NCBI RefSeq assembly: GCF_006345805.1
Contig: NC_043000.1
Span: 70,184,001-70,248,000 of the forward strand
Length of the DNA: 64,000 nt
Source: Octopus sinensis
Taxonomy: Eukaryota
Direction: 5' to 3'
Made by a program: the position numbers and the translations under genes. The notes under the pieces are model-generated. The model was not told the DNA's origin. It did not search any database and was given only the letters and a program-made list of their open reading frames with translations. Below are positions 1 through 11,525 of this stretch, piece by piece. Numbering within the stretch: the stretch's first letter is position 1; each line of letters starts with the position of its first letter.

Positions 1-517
1 ACACGTCTTGAGGAACGCCGATATCTTGAGTATTAAGGCGATGGTGCATAAACACCGATTATGTTGGATTGGAAAACTTCTTAGAATGAAGGATAACAGG
101 ATCTCTAAGCAGACACTATATGGGGAACTTGTTAGTGGAAAGAGACCCGGCAGAAACCAAAGCTGCAATTTAAGGACTTATCAAGTCCTCATTAAAGGCC
201 TGCGATATGCAGAAGACCGACTGGGAGAGCAATGCCTTCATCGCCACAAATGAAGGAAGCAGGTTAAGGAGTTGGTCAACACCTTTGAATGAGCACATAT
301 TCTTCATGAAGAATTTAAGCGTGCTGCTCGAAAGCGCACTGCTGGCATAGTGAATGGGAAAAGCTTGGTTTGCAACGTTTGCAGTCGTGTATACATGTCA
401 AGAGCAGGGCTCATTAGCCACCAACGCGGCCGCAAATGCAAAATATAAGTCCTAGAGCGCATAATGTTCCTAAAGGTCAGCAATGGTCTTCCTTGGTCAT
501 GAGTGGATGGCCATCAT
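1..517 (+). mobile_element. RTE-clade LINE 3' end (decayed)
   Basis: ORF 8-253 SIKAMVHKHRLCWIGKLLRMKDNRISKQTLYGELVSGKR resembles the RTE post-RT region; downstream frame encodes zinc-finger-like CNVCSRVYMSRAGLISHQR; ends in GGATGGCCATCAT, an RTE-like 3' end. Confidence 0.8.
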
Positions 518-713
518 GTATGTACATACATACTAAATGTGAACTTGCACAACCACTATTAACCCTGAAGAAGGGGGAATTGCTCAATAATGAGTATATA
601 CACTCTTTATTTTTATGGCCAATTAACACCCAGAAACGGCCATAAGGCATTTTTAACTTTCATTTCCTTCATTAATTTCGTTTTTATTCTGAGTCGGACT
701 AAATTTATATATG

Positions 714-747
<34 letters not shown>

Positions 748-750
748 TAT

Positions 751-1095
751 ATAAATCCAAACTTACAGGGAAAAATCAGATTTAGGATTGAATCCAATTT
801 ATAGTAAAATATTATATTATATAAATTAGAGACAAAACCACTATTATGCAAATCAAACAAAGAAAGACTTAATCCAATACAAAAATTAATTTATATTATT
901 TAGTAATTTAACAATTATTAATAATAATTATTATTAATAATAATTGTTAAATTACTAAATAATATAAATTAATTTTTGTATTGGATTGTCTTCTTTGTTT
1001 AATAGTGGTTTTGTCTCTAATTTATATAATATAATATTTTACTATAAATTGGATTCAATCCTAAATCTGATTTTTCCCTGTAAGTTTGGATTTAT
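751..1095. repeat. Fold-back palindrome, ~170-bp arms, AT-rich centre near 928
   Basis: ATAAATCCAAACTTACAGGGAAAAATCAG... at 751 is the reverse complement of ...CTGATTTTTCCCTGTAAGTTTGGATTTAT ending 1095; arms differ by small indels. Confidence 0.9.
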
Positions 1096-1105
1096 TCCCT
1101 AATAT

Positions 1106-1167
<62 letters not shown>

Positions 1168-1181
1168 TATATATATAATAT

Positions 1182-1234
<53 letters not shown>

Positions 1235-1589
1235 TCCGATATATTTTAATATATCAATGTATCAATGTTCTCATTTGTATATCTTTTAATGTATCAATTA
1301 CCCTATATATTTTTAATGAATTTATATATTTATATATTTTTAATATATCGATATATTTATATATTTTTAATGTATCTGTGTATTTTAATATATTCTATAT
1401 AATAATTATGTGCTTCTGTTGATTCTTCTGTATCAATTCTATTCATGAAAGCGGGGTGGATTATTGTTTGTGGACTGATTTATCTAATGTTATCCTCACT
1501 TATATATTTATCTTTTTGGGGGGAAACAGGAGTTTATCTCTTATTCTTTCTTAAATATAACTATATACACATACACACATGTCAACAGC

Positions 1590-2330
1590 GAACACCTCAG
1601 AAAGTACTCCCTTCCTGATGACTTCCTATACAACACCAAAACAGCCGGACTAATATACCTCAAAGAAGACCTGGTTATGAAACGCTCGGCATACCAAGAC
1701 AAAAGATTATCCATGGTTATGTTCGAAGACTTGAAGACAGTTATATTGACATGAAGCGAAGCCTCTCTTTGGCTCTCACATCGAAGGCTATGAATTTACA
1801 ATCCAAGAACTGGAGATGGCTACGAAATAACTAATACACAAAAGGGACAATGAATCCCTTGGAGCTCCAAGACGCTACCGAAAATGTAGATTATGCTATA
1901 TTTCTGTGGAAGACATCATATATGTGATTAACGCTACCCAAAAATGTCATCAAGGTACTACCTCCTTATGTGGCATGACGTTGTCGCAATAACAATATAC
2001 TATGATATTCGGGAAAAAAAACTGTCCTAGAATAAATATAGAGAATTCCCCTGTTATCGCATACATACACAAACATCGACACGTAAAATATTGTTGAAAC
2101 ATTTCCATAAACACACAAGAAAAAGTATTTACAATCATGGCGGTCACTTGTCCTGCTGATGTGAAAATATCTCCGAAAATCAAAGAGGATAACTATGGAC
2201 AACTGCTTCGAAACCTCCTATATTCAGATTATGAATTCACATTTATACCAAGAATAATCGGAGAACTTCGTTTTGTGAGTAATTGCGTAGTAACAATCTA
2301 GCTAATCTAGACTTTTCAGAAAAAAGAAAA
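1590..2330 (+). mobile_element. R4/Dong-like RLE non-LTR retrotransposon, decayed 3' part
   Basis: Broken frames give GYEFTIQELEMATK, RKCRLCYISVEDI (CCHC knuckle) and AVTCPADVKISPKIKEDNYGQLLRNL...FTFIPRIIGEL (RLE C-terminus). Confidence 0.7.
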
Positions 2331-2445
2331 TCAACAAGCTAACTCGTACATTGCAAATATAATCTGTATGTAGAATTGTAGCAAAATGCAAGACTTTTCT
2401 CAAGTTTAAAATGTGACATTGATTTTGTTATCTACATTATATATA

Positions 2446-2507
2446 TAAGGCGGTGCTCCAACATGGCCTCAGTCAAATGACTGAAACATGTGAAAGAATA
2501 AAAGAAT
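2446..2507 (+). mobile_element. SINE family A, 3' tail fragment
   Basis: AAGGCGGTGCTCCAACATGGCCTCAGTCAAATGACTGAAACA matches the tail of the copy at 10907-11298. Confidence 0.6.
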
Positions 2508-2520
2508 ATATGTGTGTGTG

Positions 2521-2625
2521 CATACATTTATACATACATACATACATACATACATACTACATACATACATACATACATACATACATACATACATACATAC
2601 ATACATACATACATACATACATACA
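2521..2625. repeat. (TACA)n microsatellite
   Basis: Direct reading. Confidence 0.95.
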
Positions 2626-2951
2626 TGCGCATATATTTATGCTCTTGTTCTTTTTCATTTCCATGCTGTATCGTACTGCACATCGGTCTGAATATCAGTT
2701 TTTCCATGATATCACTAGTTATCACTTAAACTTTTCTCTCTTTCTGGAGAAATTGATATATTAAATTTGTTCCATCTTGATATATTGGACATTCTCGTGA
2801 CATTGGAATACATATTCCATATCTACATCACAGATTCATCGTTTTTTTCTTTTTTCTTTTAAACATTCTATAAGTAGAGTACCTTTTATTTTACTTATTC
2901 TCCAAAAGATATTGCATGTACATGTGTGTGCGTGTGCTTGTTTATGTATAT

Positions 2952-3025
<74 letters not shown>

Positions 3026-3141
3026 GAACGGGAGGGACACATACATAAATACATACATATACATATATACATATATATGTGTATGTACGCATATAATACA
3101 AACATATATAAATACATTATGACATATGTGTATATATATAT

Positions 3142-3189
<48 letters not shown>

Positions 3190-3259
3190 ATATATATATA
3201 TGATTGATTGATTGATGATTCTAGTTTCAGCTTATGAGCTGTGGCCATATATAAATTTA

Positions 3260-3591
3260 AATAGGCAGATGTGTACCGAATGCATTGCGAATAAGCCCGC
3301 CATTTTCATAGATATGTAAAGATAAACATTCGTACATGCTACGACGAATTCTACGGTTGGCTGTCGGGTATGCTATATTGTGCTTTTTCCTTACATGCCT
3401 TGAGTTCGTTGCACTGAAGAGCATAGAATGCATATTCTGCATTGATTGCGAAATCACAGGTGATATGTAACTAAATTCTGTTTTTAAATGACTTGCTTTG
3501 AAGTTTTGCATTCGGTACAATTTGTTTATTTTAGCAGTTTTGACTGCAAGAGTCATCCTAGCGTGCGGTACCTATGAATAATAGTACCCTC

Positions 3592-3600
<9 letters not shown>
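3260..3600 (+). mobile_element. Diverged copy of HHR-bearing repeat family F1
   Basis: AAGCCCGCCATTT...ATAAACATTC and GAAATCAC..GTGATA...ACTAAATTC...TTTTTAAATG.CTTGCTTTGAA...CCTCTATA align with the reverse complement of 15295-15610. Confidence 0.75.
3408..3471 (+). ncRNA. Type I hammerhead ribozyme, intact core
   Basis: GTTGCA-CTGAAGA-GCA...TGC-GAAA-TCAC ag GTGA-TA-TGTAAC: stem I 6 bp, G10.1-C11.1 stem II, near-palindromic stem III, AUA cleavage triplet. Confidence 0.8.
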
Positions 3601-3629
<29 letters not shown>

Positions 3630-3725
3630 GTTCCAAACAAGAAAAAAAAAAAAATATATATATATATATAGTTAATCCAAACAAGAAAATATATATATAT
3701 ATATATATATAGTTATCCAAACAAG

Positions 3726-3764
<39 letters not shown>

Positions 3765-3821
3765 TACTTATATATATATGCATATATATATACATATATA
3801 CGCCTTCGAAACGTGGAGTAG

Positions 3822-4620
3822 ATGAAACAGGGACAACTGAAGAAGGGGAATATTCTTTATGTTGTATATCTCGTTTCTATGTGTTTGTTTTTATGTTTTC
3901 GTTTCTCATTGTGTTCAACGTTTTTTATGTCCCGTACCCATATATGCATGTATATATACATATATATGTAGGTATGTATATATATATGTATATAGGCATA
4001 TATTTATATATTATTTATATTATTATATGATCGAACGCCACACATCCTTTTCCAAGTAAGTTTTATTTTAATAATTACGATGCGCACTCTTCTACCTTTA
4101 CTATCCTCCTCCTCAATTCTCTCGTCGCTGACTCGTGACGAAAGATAATGTGTCCTTCTGTCCACAACCTTCGAAAAGAAAAAACGTGCTTATACTGTCT
4201 CCTTCATAAGCTCGTCTTCCTCGCGTTCAAAATATTTTTTAATCGTCTCGACTTGACAATCCTCACCGTTTGTTTTTACTGTTTTGTTCTCACTGCCCTG
4301 TTCTTGTTAGCACTTTCACCCTCCGCAAAAAATTCCAAATTTTATTAAATTTGCTTTGCGGAAAGGACTGTTTCAACGAAGTCGCGTCTTCTCCTTGCCT
4401 TCGAACGTGGAGTAGATGAAATAGGGACAACTGAAGAAGAGGAATATTCTCTATGTTGTATGTCTCGTTTCTCTATATGTTTTTTTTTTCGTTGTTCGAA
4501 AAAAGTTCGTTTCTAAGTTTGTTTTTATGTTTTCGTTTCTCATTGTGTTCAACATTTTTTTATGTCCTGTACCTATATATGCATGTATATATACACATAT
4601 GTAGGTAATAGGCATATATT
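3822..4620. repeat. Two diverged direct repeats (3822-4010, 4397-4620), period ~575 bp
   Basis: GCCTTCGAA(A)CGTGGAGTAGATGAAA.AGGGACAACTGAAGAAG... occurs twice; copy 1 lacks ~45 bp. Confidence 0.85.
4368..4424 (+). ncRNA. Decayed hammerhead-like motif
   Basis: CTGTTTCA can pair with GATGAAA(C/T)AG; GAAAC-GTGGA-GTA is intact in repeat copy 1; core would need a 5-nt restoration (ctgtttca[tcctg]acgaag), which is inferred. Confidence 0.3.
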
Positions 4621-4650
4621 TAATATATTAATGTATATATATATATATAT

Positions 4651-4713
<63 letters not shown>

Positions 4714-4872
4714 TATATATATTACACGGGTTTGTATGATTGTTGTTAGAAGGATATATTACTCAAAGAAATTCTAACTTTGATTTTCACGTTTTATTTA
4801 CAATCTTATAACAATATAATATAAGATAATATACTATAACGAAATGATAGAATATTAAATGTCCATCCTGAT

Positions 4873-4917
4873 TGAACCAGTACTTTCATGCATTAAACTA
4901 TGCAATCTTCAGGTTCA
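4873..4917 (-). ncRNA. Type I hammerhead ribozyme with G at the cleavage position
   Basis: Minus strand TGAAC-CTGAAGA-T-TGCAT agttta ATGCA-T-GAAA-GTAC-TG-GTTCA; palindromic AGTACT stem III; triplet is CUG rather than NUH. Confidence 0.7.
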
Positions 4918-5254
4918 TGTAGTAGCGGGGAAAGTTATGTTTTGCAATTTACAACTCTGGTGAGATGGCTAAACTGTGTGCCTTAAGTATATTTGCATAG
5001 ACTCCAGAAAGTTAATTTTTGCAAACTGTATTCTGACCAATCAGTGTGTGACTTCACTAAATTATTTAAGTTGATTAGTGTTAGGTTTCAGCGTCACGGT
5101 TTGTTGAACATGTCAAGAAACCTATATTTTTTCCCTGGCCAAAGCAGTAATTGTTGGGTTATCTTTAGAAATGTTGTAAACAACATTTTTCGGGGATTTT
5201 TACATTTCAATTATCATCATCACCGTTATCATCTCCTTTATTATTGTTGTCGAA

Positions 5255-5269
5255 GTTGTTGTTGTTGTT

Positions 5270-5317
<48 letters not shown>

Positions 5318-5365
5318 GGTGGTGGTGGTGGTGGTGGTGGTGGTGGTGGTGGTGGTGGTGGTGGT
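5255..5365. repeat. (TTG)n(TGG)n compound microsatellite
   Basis: Direct reading. Confidence 0.95.
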
Positions 5366-5536
5366 AGGAGTAGCTGTAGTAATAGAACTTTAAACCCCAA
5401 AATAAGATTATTTTTACTTACTTTTCTCTTGACTTAGCTAGAAGTTTCCTGCTATTGTCATCATGAGCACCTTTAGTATTGTTGTCGTTAGTGGTAGTGG
5501 TCGTAGCAGTAGAAATATAACCCCTAAGTATTAGTA

Positions 5537-5985
5537 TTATTGTTTATTTAGCTTGGGTTGGAATTTATTAATAAAGTTCTTTTCTCTGATTTTTCTTCCA
5601 ATTTCACTTGCAATGTGTAGTTTGTAGAATAGAAATATTATAAATATTTTTCGACCACATGTTGCTAGATGGTTACTCAAATGTATCTGACGGACATCTG
5701 GGCCTCTAATTTGCTGTCGGTGCACACGTAAACGTTTTGATAGTGCATTTCCAGTTTGACCCACATATAGTTCTTCACAGTTCGAGCATTTGATGCAGTA
5801 AATTAAATTTCTGCTTTTGCAGTTCCTATTTGCATTTGTGAATATTTTTCCGGCTTTTATGTTCATATATTGGCCGGTATGTATGAATTGGCATGTGCTA
5901 CATCGACTATCATTACATTTAGATACAGTGAATGATTGGTCTTTGTTGGTAAGGTCAAACTTTGCCTTTGTTAATAATTTTTCAC
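5537..5985 (-). pseudogene. Penelope-like element GIY-YIG endonuclease (C-terminal ORF fragment)
   Basis: KCNDSRCSTC...CKSRNLIYCIKCSNCEELYVGQTGNALSKRLRVHRQQI...KIREKNFINKFQPKLN: Cys linker, LIY/YVG motif and terminal LN typical of PLE GIY-YIG. Confidence 0.85.
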
Positions 5986-6038
5986 ACACTCGCGCACACA
6001 CACATATACATGCGCGCGCACATATATACATATACATA

Positions 6039-6242
6039 CACGAGTAGCGCTGAAAAGTTCTTGGCTTGGGTAAAAAGAATACAGGAGGGTCAGTTAATTA
6101 TAATTCTCCCCTCAGATTAATACACTTATTGCAGCGGCTCTTCAGGTTTTTCTAAGCCCTGTAAAAGAACTCGGAAGGTTGGGCCTCAAACCAAGCCTTT
6201 CACGATACCCTTAATTCCAGGAACCTTTCAGCACACCCTCAT
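6039..6242. mobile_element. Mariner-derived MITE / internally deleted element
   Basis: Imperfect TIRs CGAGTAGCGCTGAAAAGTTCTTGG and CCAGGAACCTTTCAGCACACCCTC resemble mariner termini. Confidence 0.6.
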
Positions 6243-6245
6243 TGG

Positions 6246-6329
<84 letters not shown>

Positions 6330-6335
6330 GTATAT

Positions 6336-6927
6336 GGCCTTTTTCACATGTAAGGAGTCCTGTCGATGGTCTCCTTTTATACGCGCTTAATTTATTAAAA
6401 ATATGTTGTCTTATGACTTTTATTTATGCACCTAACGACTGGTAATAAATTATTTCCATTTATTACCCTCCTATTTACGATAGTAATATTTAATTCCGAT
6501 GATGTATAGGACACAGTTTTAAATTTCTTTCTTTACAGCTGAACTATATATTTACGCTCGCGCACTTAGTTCGAATGCTTATATGGATAAATTTGTAGCT
6601 GCCTTGCACACGTGTTTTCGATACGTATATGCAACTACATAATTATTCATTAATTAGCGATTCCGCTGATGAGCTGCACAGTCCACATTAGTGTATTTAG
6701 CAATTAAGAGTGAAACTCGAGTTTGGGATTAACTCATTCATTTATTTTTCGTGCCTCATGAATTCTCTTTCTCGTGGTTTAATTTTTAACTGGCCTTTTT
6801 AGCATGTAAAGTGACCTATAAATGGTCTCCTTTTATACACTCTTATATTTTTAAAGATATGTTATCAAATGACTTTTATTTATGCATAGTAATAAATAAT
6901 TTCAATTTATTACCCACATATTTACGA
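6336..6927 (+). repeat. HHR-containing unit bounded by ~140-bp diverged direct repeats, period 456 bp
   Basis: GGCCTTTTT..CATGTAA...ATGGTCTCCTTTTATAC...TGACTTTTATTTATGCA...TATTTACGA at 6336-6480 and 6792-6927. Confidence 0.85.
6660..6729 (+). ncRNA. Type I hammerhead ribozyme, intact core
   Basis: ATTCCG-CTGATGA-GCT...AGT-GAAAC-TCGA-GTT-TGGGAT; palindromic stem III; stem I 6 bp including two G-U pairs. Confidence 0.65.
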
Positions 6928-6944
6928 TTATATATATATACTCT

Positions 6945-7144
6945 CTCTCATTTTCTCTCTCTTTTACTTGCTTCAGTCATTTGACTGCGGCCATGCTGGA
7001 GCACCGCCTTTAATCGAGCAACTCGACCCCGGGACTTATTCTTTGTAAGCCCAGTACTTATTCTATCGGTCTCGGGGATAAATACACCAGCATCGGTTGT
7101 CAAGCAATGCTAGGGGAACAAACACAGATACACAAACACACACG

Positions 7145-7208
<64 letters not shown>

Positions 7209-7370
7209 CGACGGGCCTCTTTAGTTTCCGTCTACCAAATCCACTCACAAGGCTTTGGTCGGCCCGAGGCTATAGAAGAAGACACTTGCCCAAGGTGCCA
7301 CGCAGTGGGACTGAACCCGGAACCATGTGGTTGGTAAGCAAGCTACTTACCACACACCCACTCCTGCGCC
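6945..7370 (-). mobile_element. tRNA-derived SINE family A, full length
   Basis: Minus strand starts GGCGCAGGAGTGG..GTGTGGTAAG with B-box-like GGTTCAGTCC; internal (TA)n; colinear with 10907 and 28446 copies. Confidence 0.9.
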
Positions 7371-7380
7371 TATATATATA

Positions 7381-7432
<52 letters not shown>

Positions 7433-7550
7433 TATATATGTATGTATATGTATATACAATATAATAATTAATAGTAGGGAATATAATTTCAATACTTACA
7501 GGGAAAAATTCAATTTAACAATTTTAAATCAAATTTCACAATATATAATA

Positions 7551-7960
7551 TATGTATATAGTTTAGAGAAAAACACTATTAAGCAGTTCAATAAAGAAAG
7601 ATGTTATTCATACCATATAGAAAACATATACTATAAAAAGAACCTTATTTTAAATCAATAAAGTACAATAAATACTAAACAGTAGTAAAAAGACTACGCA
7701 CGTTTCATGGCTATATTTTCAAATGGATAATAATAATAAAATCAATTCGATTCAAAAGTAAATCGAACTAAAATTAATTCTATTTAAAAATAATTCTATT
7801 TAAAAAAATATATTTTTAAATAGAATTATTTTTAAATATTTTTGAATAGAAATAATTTTTAAATAGAATAAATTTTAGTTCGATTTAATTTTGAATCGAA
7901 TTGATTTTATTATTATCTATTGAATTGTTTAATACTGGTTTTTCTCTAAATTATATACAT
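7551..7960. repeat. Nested fold-back (inner arms 7727-7918; outer 7551-7592 vs 7919-7960) enclosing an HHR 3' half
   Basis: Reverse-complement matches read directly; minus strand at 7688-7710 reads CCAT-GAAAC-GTGC-GTA-GTC without a CTGANGA. Confidence 0.85.
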
Positions 7961-8954
7961 GCATTTATAATACATATATACATATAATAAGGATTATTAT
8001 GAAGTATCATTAGTATTACCTTTGATTCTTTTTTATATATACACAGTCTTAAATAGACTACATATGTCTCTACAGCATCGGTTGGTACCCGTTGCAAATG
8101 CGACCTTACTATAATACCGTTGAATATCTTACTTTAAATACCTAACTGTGAGCAAACCGGTAAACGTTTGGAGATATCCCTTACTAATTAAACACACACA
8201 CAGATAAACACTCATAAATATATTACATTTTGGCACTTTCGCTTGTTCTCACATAACACCGTGCAAAATACACATTATGATTATATCGACTCATGATGAT
8301 TATCTATGCAGCATATGAAACTTAGAGACTTCAAAGTCTCATATTTAATTTAATATGACTGTATATGAAGTTCACTGTCCAATTATGTGTTTCCGGTGTC
8401 AGTCACATTGCGAGGAACCTTGGCCATGAACTTCTACCAAAGTTTCATGTTGATAAATATTTTGTGAGTGGAATTTTATATTCAGCAGGTATATTTATAT
8501 GTGTATGAATATATATATAGACATGCATGTGTATATACATATTTGTGTGTATGCATGTATATGCATATATATGCGCGTATGTGTGTGTTAATATATCATG
8601 TATTTATATCCCTTTGTTTCCTTATCTGTTCTAAATATAGATATAGACACGTGACTCAAGTAAAAAGGGCGATACGCTCAACTAAACGCTTGAAAGTGTT
8701 TGTACACCATGGCTGCATTCCAGTGACTGAAACCAATAATATGCTGTTTTCAATATATTTAGATGATTGACTGTACTCACATTTATTGATACTCTTATAT
8801 ATATTAATATATAATATATATATATATTATATATATATATATATATAATATTTAAATGATGAGGGAGATAAATTAATATCAATTTTAATATCAATTTAAA
8901 ACCAGTAGTCCAGCATACAAAAAATCTGAGAAGTCAGAGAAAATTCTGATATAT

Positions 8955-9143
8955 GTGTATATTGGCAGGGCCAGACTGCTAGGTAGTCGGCCAAATGCTA
9001 GAAATAGATCATCAACGATCAAACTACAAAGGGAATTCTCTAGAGGAAAAATTCAGCGAACACCAGAACCAAATTTGGCGGGCAGGACAGATGAAAAATT
9101 TATATAAAAAACAGAATTAAAAGCAGTCTGGCCCTGCCAATAT

Positions 9144-9147
<4 letters not shown>
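8955..9147. repeat. Perfect 26-bp inverted repeats around a 141-bp spacer (MITE-like)
   Basis: GTGTATATTGGCAGGGCCAGACTGCT (8955-8980) and its exact reverse complement (9122-9147). Confidence 0.85.
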
Positions 9148-9184
<37 letters not shown>

Positions 9185-9446
9185 ACATATATATATATAT
9201 ATATGATATATGATATATACATATATGCATGTATACATAAATATATGTACATATTTACATATATATGCATATATGGGTACAGGACGTCACAAAAAGTAAA
9301 CAACATGAAATACGAAATACGAAAGCATATATATATCATCATCATCATTGTTCGACCGTGCTCGAGACAATGGAATGTTTATATATATATATATATAAAC
9401 ATATGCATGTGTTTGTGTTTTACATTTGTACATGTATGTATATATA

Positions 9447-9775
9447 TGAAAGTGCGTGGCTAAGTGGCTAGAGTATTCGGCGCTCGCTATCATAAGGTCA
9501 TGAGTTCGATATCTGGTGGCGCGTTGAGTCTCTAAGCAAGACACTTTATTTCACGATGTACCAGTTCACTCAGCTGGCAGAAATGTGCAGCACCTGTATT
9601 TCAAAAGGCCAGTCCTGTCACATTTTGTATCACGCTGAATCGTCCTGTGTACTAATCACGGGCATGCGTGTCTGTAGAGTGCTCGGCCACTTGCATGTTA
9701 ATTTTACGGGCAAGCTGTTCTATTGATCAGATCAAGTGGAACACTCGTCGCTGTAACCGACTGAATGCCAGACGA
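9447..9775 (+). mobile_element. tRNA-derived SINE family B
   Basis: A-box TGGCTAAGTGG, B-box GAGTTCGATATC, AGCAAGACACTTTATTTCAC; colinear with 46277-46586. Confidence 0.8.
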
Positions 9776-9796
9776 TATATATTTTTTTTTTCTTGT

Positions 9797-9970
9797 GAAG
9801 GCCGGTTTATGGGGTTACTCTGGGTTTCTCGTCCATAAAAGGTTTAACTTTATGGCGTATCGTCAGACCCCAAGACTGTTGGCCTATAGGTTTGGGGATC
9901 TGATGATTACGCCATAAAGTTAAACCCTTTATGGACGGGGAACTCAGGTTAACCCCATAAACCGGCCTTC
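9797..9970. repeat. 174-bp GC-richer hairpin (~75-bp arms, ~20-nt loop)
   Basis: GAAGGCCGGTTTATGGGGTTA...CAGACCCCA pairs with TGGGGATCTGA...TAACCCCATAAACCGGCCTTC. Confidence 0.9.
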
Positions 9971-10818
9971 GCCTGGAAATAATATACACTGCTCTACTCC
10001 TTAGAGTGTGCTTCTTCTCTAGATTTATGTTTTTCTAAAAAGATATATATATATATATATAATACATGCATACACACATGCAAGCACACATATATATGCG
10101 TGTGTACATATACACACGCACACACACGTCTGTGTGTGCATACAAGTAGATAATAATTCAAAATGATATAAATCGTATATTATTTATATTATGCAACGTA
10201 AGCCATGCAATGTCAGTTGTATGAATATAGATGTAGTAGAATGAAAGAAACGATGGAATATCGAATGAAATACCTTTGAGAATTTTGTTTCTTTTCTGCT
10301 TGTTCTGAATCCAAATCAAATTTGACTTTTACCTTACATCCTCTCGATGTCAAAACAATCATTGCTACCCAAAGGACAAATATTAGCGCTTGCTTTAACA
10401 CCCCCAAAATCAATGTTTCATATTATATGATACGCTATATTTTGCAGAAACATTGCTAGTTGCAGATGACAATATTTGAAACCATTTATGTATATTTATT
10501 TCGGTACATAGTTTTAAATACCTTATATTTCATTTAGCAATTCATATTTTTGTTGTGCCGATGTAATGTGCATTTACATATTTATCTAATAATAAATTAT
10601 GGTAATTGTAATTATCGTAACTCTAATTTGACATAACATAGTTTGAAATGTTCTAAAGATTTTTATATTTTAAGGATGTTTAAAGATAATCAATCCTCTT
10701 TAATCCGGTAGCAAATCATTAAATCATTCTTATGTTTTTAATTCTATTCAAGCCACTCATATTTGTTGTATCTCTAATATTGTTCATTACATTTTGACCA
10801 TTCAGTTAAGTGTATATA

Positions 10819-10854
<36 letters not shown>

Positions 10855-10906
10855 TGTATGTATGTATGTATGTATGTATATATAAATGTATGTATATATA
10901 TATATA

Positions 10907-11298
10907 GGCGCAGGAGTGGCTGTGTGGTAAGTAGCTTGCTAACCAACCACATGGTTCCGGGTTCAGTCCCACTGCGTGGAATCTTGGGCAAGTGTCTTCT
11001 CCTATAGCCCCGGGCCGACCAATGCCTTGTGAGTGGATTTGGTAGACGGAAACTGTATATATATATGTATATATATGTATAGGTTTGTGTGTCTGTGTTT
11101 GTCCCCCTAGCATTGCTTGACAACCGATGCTGGTGTGTTTACGTCCCCGTCACTTAGCGGTTCGGAAAAAGAGACCGATAGAATAAGTACTGGGCTTGCA
11201 AAAAGAATAAGTCCCGGGGTCGATTTGCTCGACTAAAGGCGATGCTCCAGCATGGCCGCAGTCAATGACTGAAACAAGTAAAGAGAAAGAGTAAAGAG
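10907..11298 (+). mobile_element. tRNA-derived SINE family A, full length
   Basis: GGCGCAGGAGTGGCTGTGTGGTAAG...GGTTCAGTCCC...tail AAGAG(T)A repeats. Confidence 0.9.
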
Positions 11299-11321
11299 TA
11301 TATAGATATATATATTTTATA

Positions 11322-11441
<120 letters not shown>

Positions 11442-11454
11442 TATATAGATAGAG

Positions 11455-11525
<71 letters not shown>

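Noticed and set aside
1430-1545. Possible decayed hammerhead (TTCATGA...GAAACAGGAGTT)
   Set aside because: Two core mismatches and no stem pairing
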